NCBI GenBank assembly: GCA_964652475.1
Contig: CAZZCK010000003.1
Coordinates: 3,503 to 59,177 of the forward strand
Length of the DNA stretch: 55,675 bases
Direction: 5' to 3'
Source of the DNA: an uncultured Azospirillum sp.
Lineage (GTDB): Bacteria > Pseudomonadota > Alphaproteobacteria > Rickettsiales > UBA3002
In this document: piece by piece, positions 54,359-55,675 of the stretch
Numbering within the stretch: the stretch's first letter is position 1
Layout: each line of letters opens with the position of its first letter
Program-made: the position numbers and the translations under genes
The notes under the pieces: generated by a model
The model's database searches: none
What the model was told of the DNA's origin: nothing
The model's input: the letters and a program-made list of their open reading frames with translations, nothing else

Positions 54359-55675
54359 ATGCCAAAATTTAACATTACGACCAAAATTTCTTTGCTGTTG
54401 ATGGGTTTTGGCTTGGTGCCGCTCATGCTGGTCATGCCAGTGATGCTCGACAAACTGAGTAATACAAAAGAAGCATCACTGGTCGCCATGGAGACGACGG
54501 CTGCCGATACGGGCGAGATCATTGATCGGATGATGTTTGAGCGTTACGGCGATGTGCAGGCATTTGTCAGCAACCTTGCCAGCCGCGACACCAAATACTG
54601 GTACTCGAACGATAAACAGGCGCCCCTCGTGCAGTCGATGGACAGCTACATGAAGAATTACGGCACCTATAAATTGATGATGCTGGTCGATAGGGATGGA
54701 CGTGTGGCGGGGGTCAACTCGGTCAACGCCAAGGGTGAGGCGATCGATACCGAAGCGCTGTATGGCGAGAATTTTAAGGAAGCGAGCTGGTTCAAAAAAG
54801 CCATGGCCGGAGAATTTTTGAAGTCCGATAGTCTCACCGGCACCGTGGTCGAAGAGGCGCAATATGTGCCGGTAGTGGCACAGGTTTATCCGCAAGAGGA
54901 TGGGTTTACCATCCCGTTCGCGGCCCCTGCCTACGATATAAACGGCCAAAAAATCGGTGTTTGGGTGAATTTTGCCGATTTCGGGATTATCGAGAATATC
55001 ATCAAAAGCGTCTATCAGGAAAAAGCAAAAGATTCGCCGACCCTCGCCATTGCGATGGTCGATGCCAAGGGTAGAGTATTGGCGCAATACGACCCCACGC
55101 TGGATGGCAATACCGAGTTTGTGCGCGACACCAAAATCATCGGCAAACAGAATGTGGATGAAGCAAACTTCCCCGTGCGCCAAAGCGATTTAGCACAAGA
55201 CGCTGGCCGCCTGGTTCGACTGCATATCGAATCTGGCGAAGAAGACGCGGTGGGCTGGAGAAAAACCGATGGTGCGATGGGCTATCCGGGTATGGGCTGG
55301 TCTATCTTTGTGCACCAACCGGCGCATGATGTGTTTGCCAGTATCATCAGCATGCAGCGCTTGATATTCGTCTTATCGCTTGCAGCTGTCGCACTATTAC
55401 TGCTGATTGGGGTGCTGATTGGTCGGCGTGTTGCCAAGCCGCTACGGCAAGCAAAAGAGGTGGCGACCGAACTTGCTAAAGGAAATTACGGTGTTGAAGT
55501 CAATGCCAATCATCGGACCGATGAAATCGGTATGCTGTTGACGAGCATCAACGAAGTACGAAAAACCATTGCGAATTATTCTGGTCAAATCGCCGCGATC
55601 AGTAGATCACAGGCGGTGATCGAATTTACGCTCGACGGCACCATTACCCACGCCAACGAGAATTTTCTCAAAACG
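54359..55675 (+). CDS. Methyl-accepting chemotaxis protein, 5' part only (runs off the window)
   Basis: Hand translation from ATG 54359 is open for 439 codons to the window end. Order is TM, ~270-aa periplasmic region, second TM, HAMP (RRVAKPLRQAKEVATELAKGNYGV...DEIGML), then the start of a PAS (QAVIEFTLDGTITHANENFL). Absent from the ORF track because it has no stop. Confidence 0.85.
   Translation, partial: MPKFNITTKISLLLMGFGLVPLMLVMPVMLDKLSNTKEASLVAMETTAADTGEIIDRMMFERYGDVQAFVSNLASRDTKYWYSNDKQAPLVQSMDSYMKNYGTYKLMMLVDRDGRVAGVNSVNAKGEAIDTEALYGENFKEASWFKKAMAGEFLKSDSLTGTVVEEAQYVPVVAQVYPQEDGFTIPFAAPAYDINGQKIGVWVNFADFGIIENIIKSVYQEKAKDSPTLAIAMVDAKGRVLAQYDPTLDGNTEFVRDTKIIGKQNVDEANFPVRQSDLAQDAGRLVRLHIESGEEDAVGWRKTDGAMGYPGMGWSIFVHQPAHDVFASIISMQRLIFVLSLAAVALLLLIGVLIGRRVAKPLRQAKEVATELAKGNYGVEVNANHRTDEIGMLLTSINEVRKTIANYSGQIAAISRSQAVIEFTLDGTITHANENFLKT

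Overview
This is a 55.7-kb chromosomal segment that reads as alphaproteobacterial. Supporting genes are a PopZ/DUF2497-like gene, a DUF1013/TrcR-like gene, ntrC-ntrY, hldE and a che cluster. By eye (not computed) it is GC-rich, with several AT-richer islets.

Most of the window is housekeeping or transport:
- quinone oxidoreductase, HldE, IlvD, beta-carbonic anhydrase, aminotransferase and esterase;
- a FAD-oxidoreductase/DUF1365/Cfa-like cluster;
- PAP2 phosphatase, SecF, a DAACS symporter, a deoxyhypusine-synthase-like protein, tRNA-Glu and TypA;
- an RND tripartite efflux operon, MFS, DASS and AGCS transporters, and PutA;
- cheB, cheY-cheA-cheW and a truncated MCP.

The stand-out is a lower-GC block of about 6.4 kb (roughly 38.2-44.8 kb). 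There a LuxI-family acyl-homoserine-lactone synthase gene heads a tightly packed four-gene minus-strand operon. The other three genes are a 113-aa ORFan, a fused E1 alpha-beta TPP-dependent 2-oxoacid dehydrogenase and a lipoyl-E2 acyltransferase. The operon converges on an XRE-LuxR gene pair. It diverges from a cI/LexA-like repressor whose nucleophile Ser is replaced by Ala. I interpret the E1/E2 genes as a dedicated acyl-donor supply module for a non-canonical quorum-sensing signal. This is inference and needs experimental and database checks.

Other notable points:
- ntrC is translationally coupled to ntrY, with no ntrB or ntrX in the window.
- A 0.9-kb integrase-less islet at tRNA-Glu carries a CxxC/His-Me-like ORFan.
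- A BrnT/BrnA toxin-antitoxin islet is present.
- The RND pump carries an extra two-helix insertion.
- A dispersed family of heptanucleotide-periodic repeats includes a telomere-like G-tract hairpin and a copy inside the ntrC linker.

No CRISPR array, rRNA, transposase or integrase was seen.
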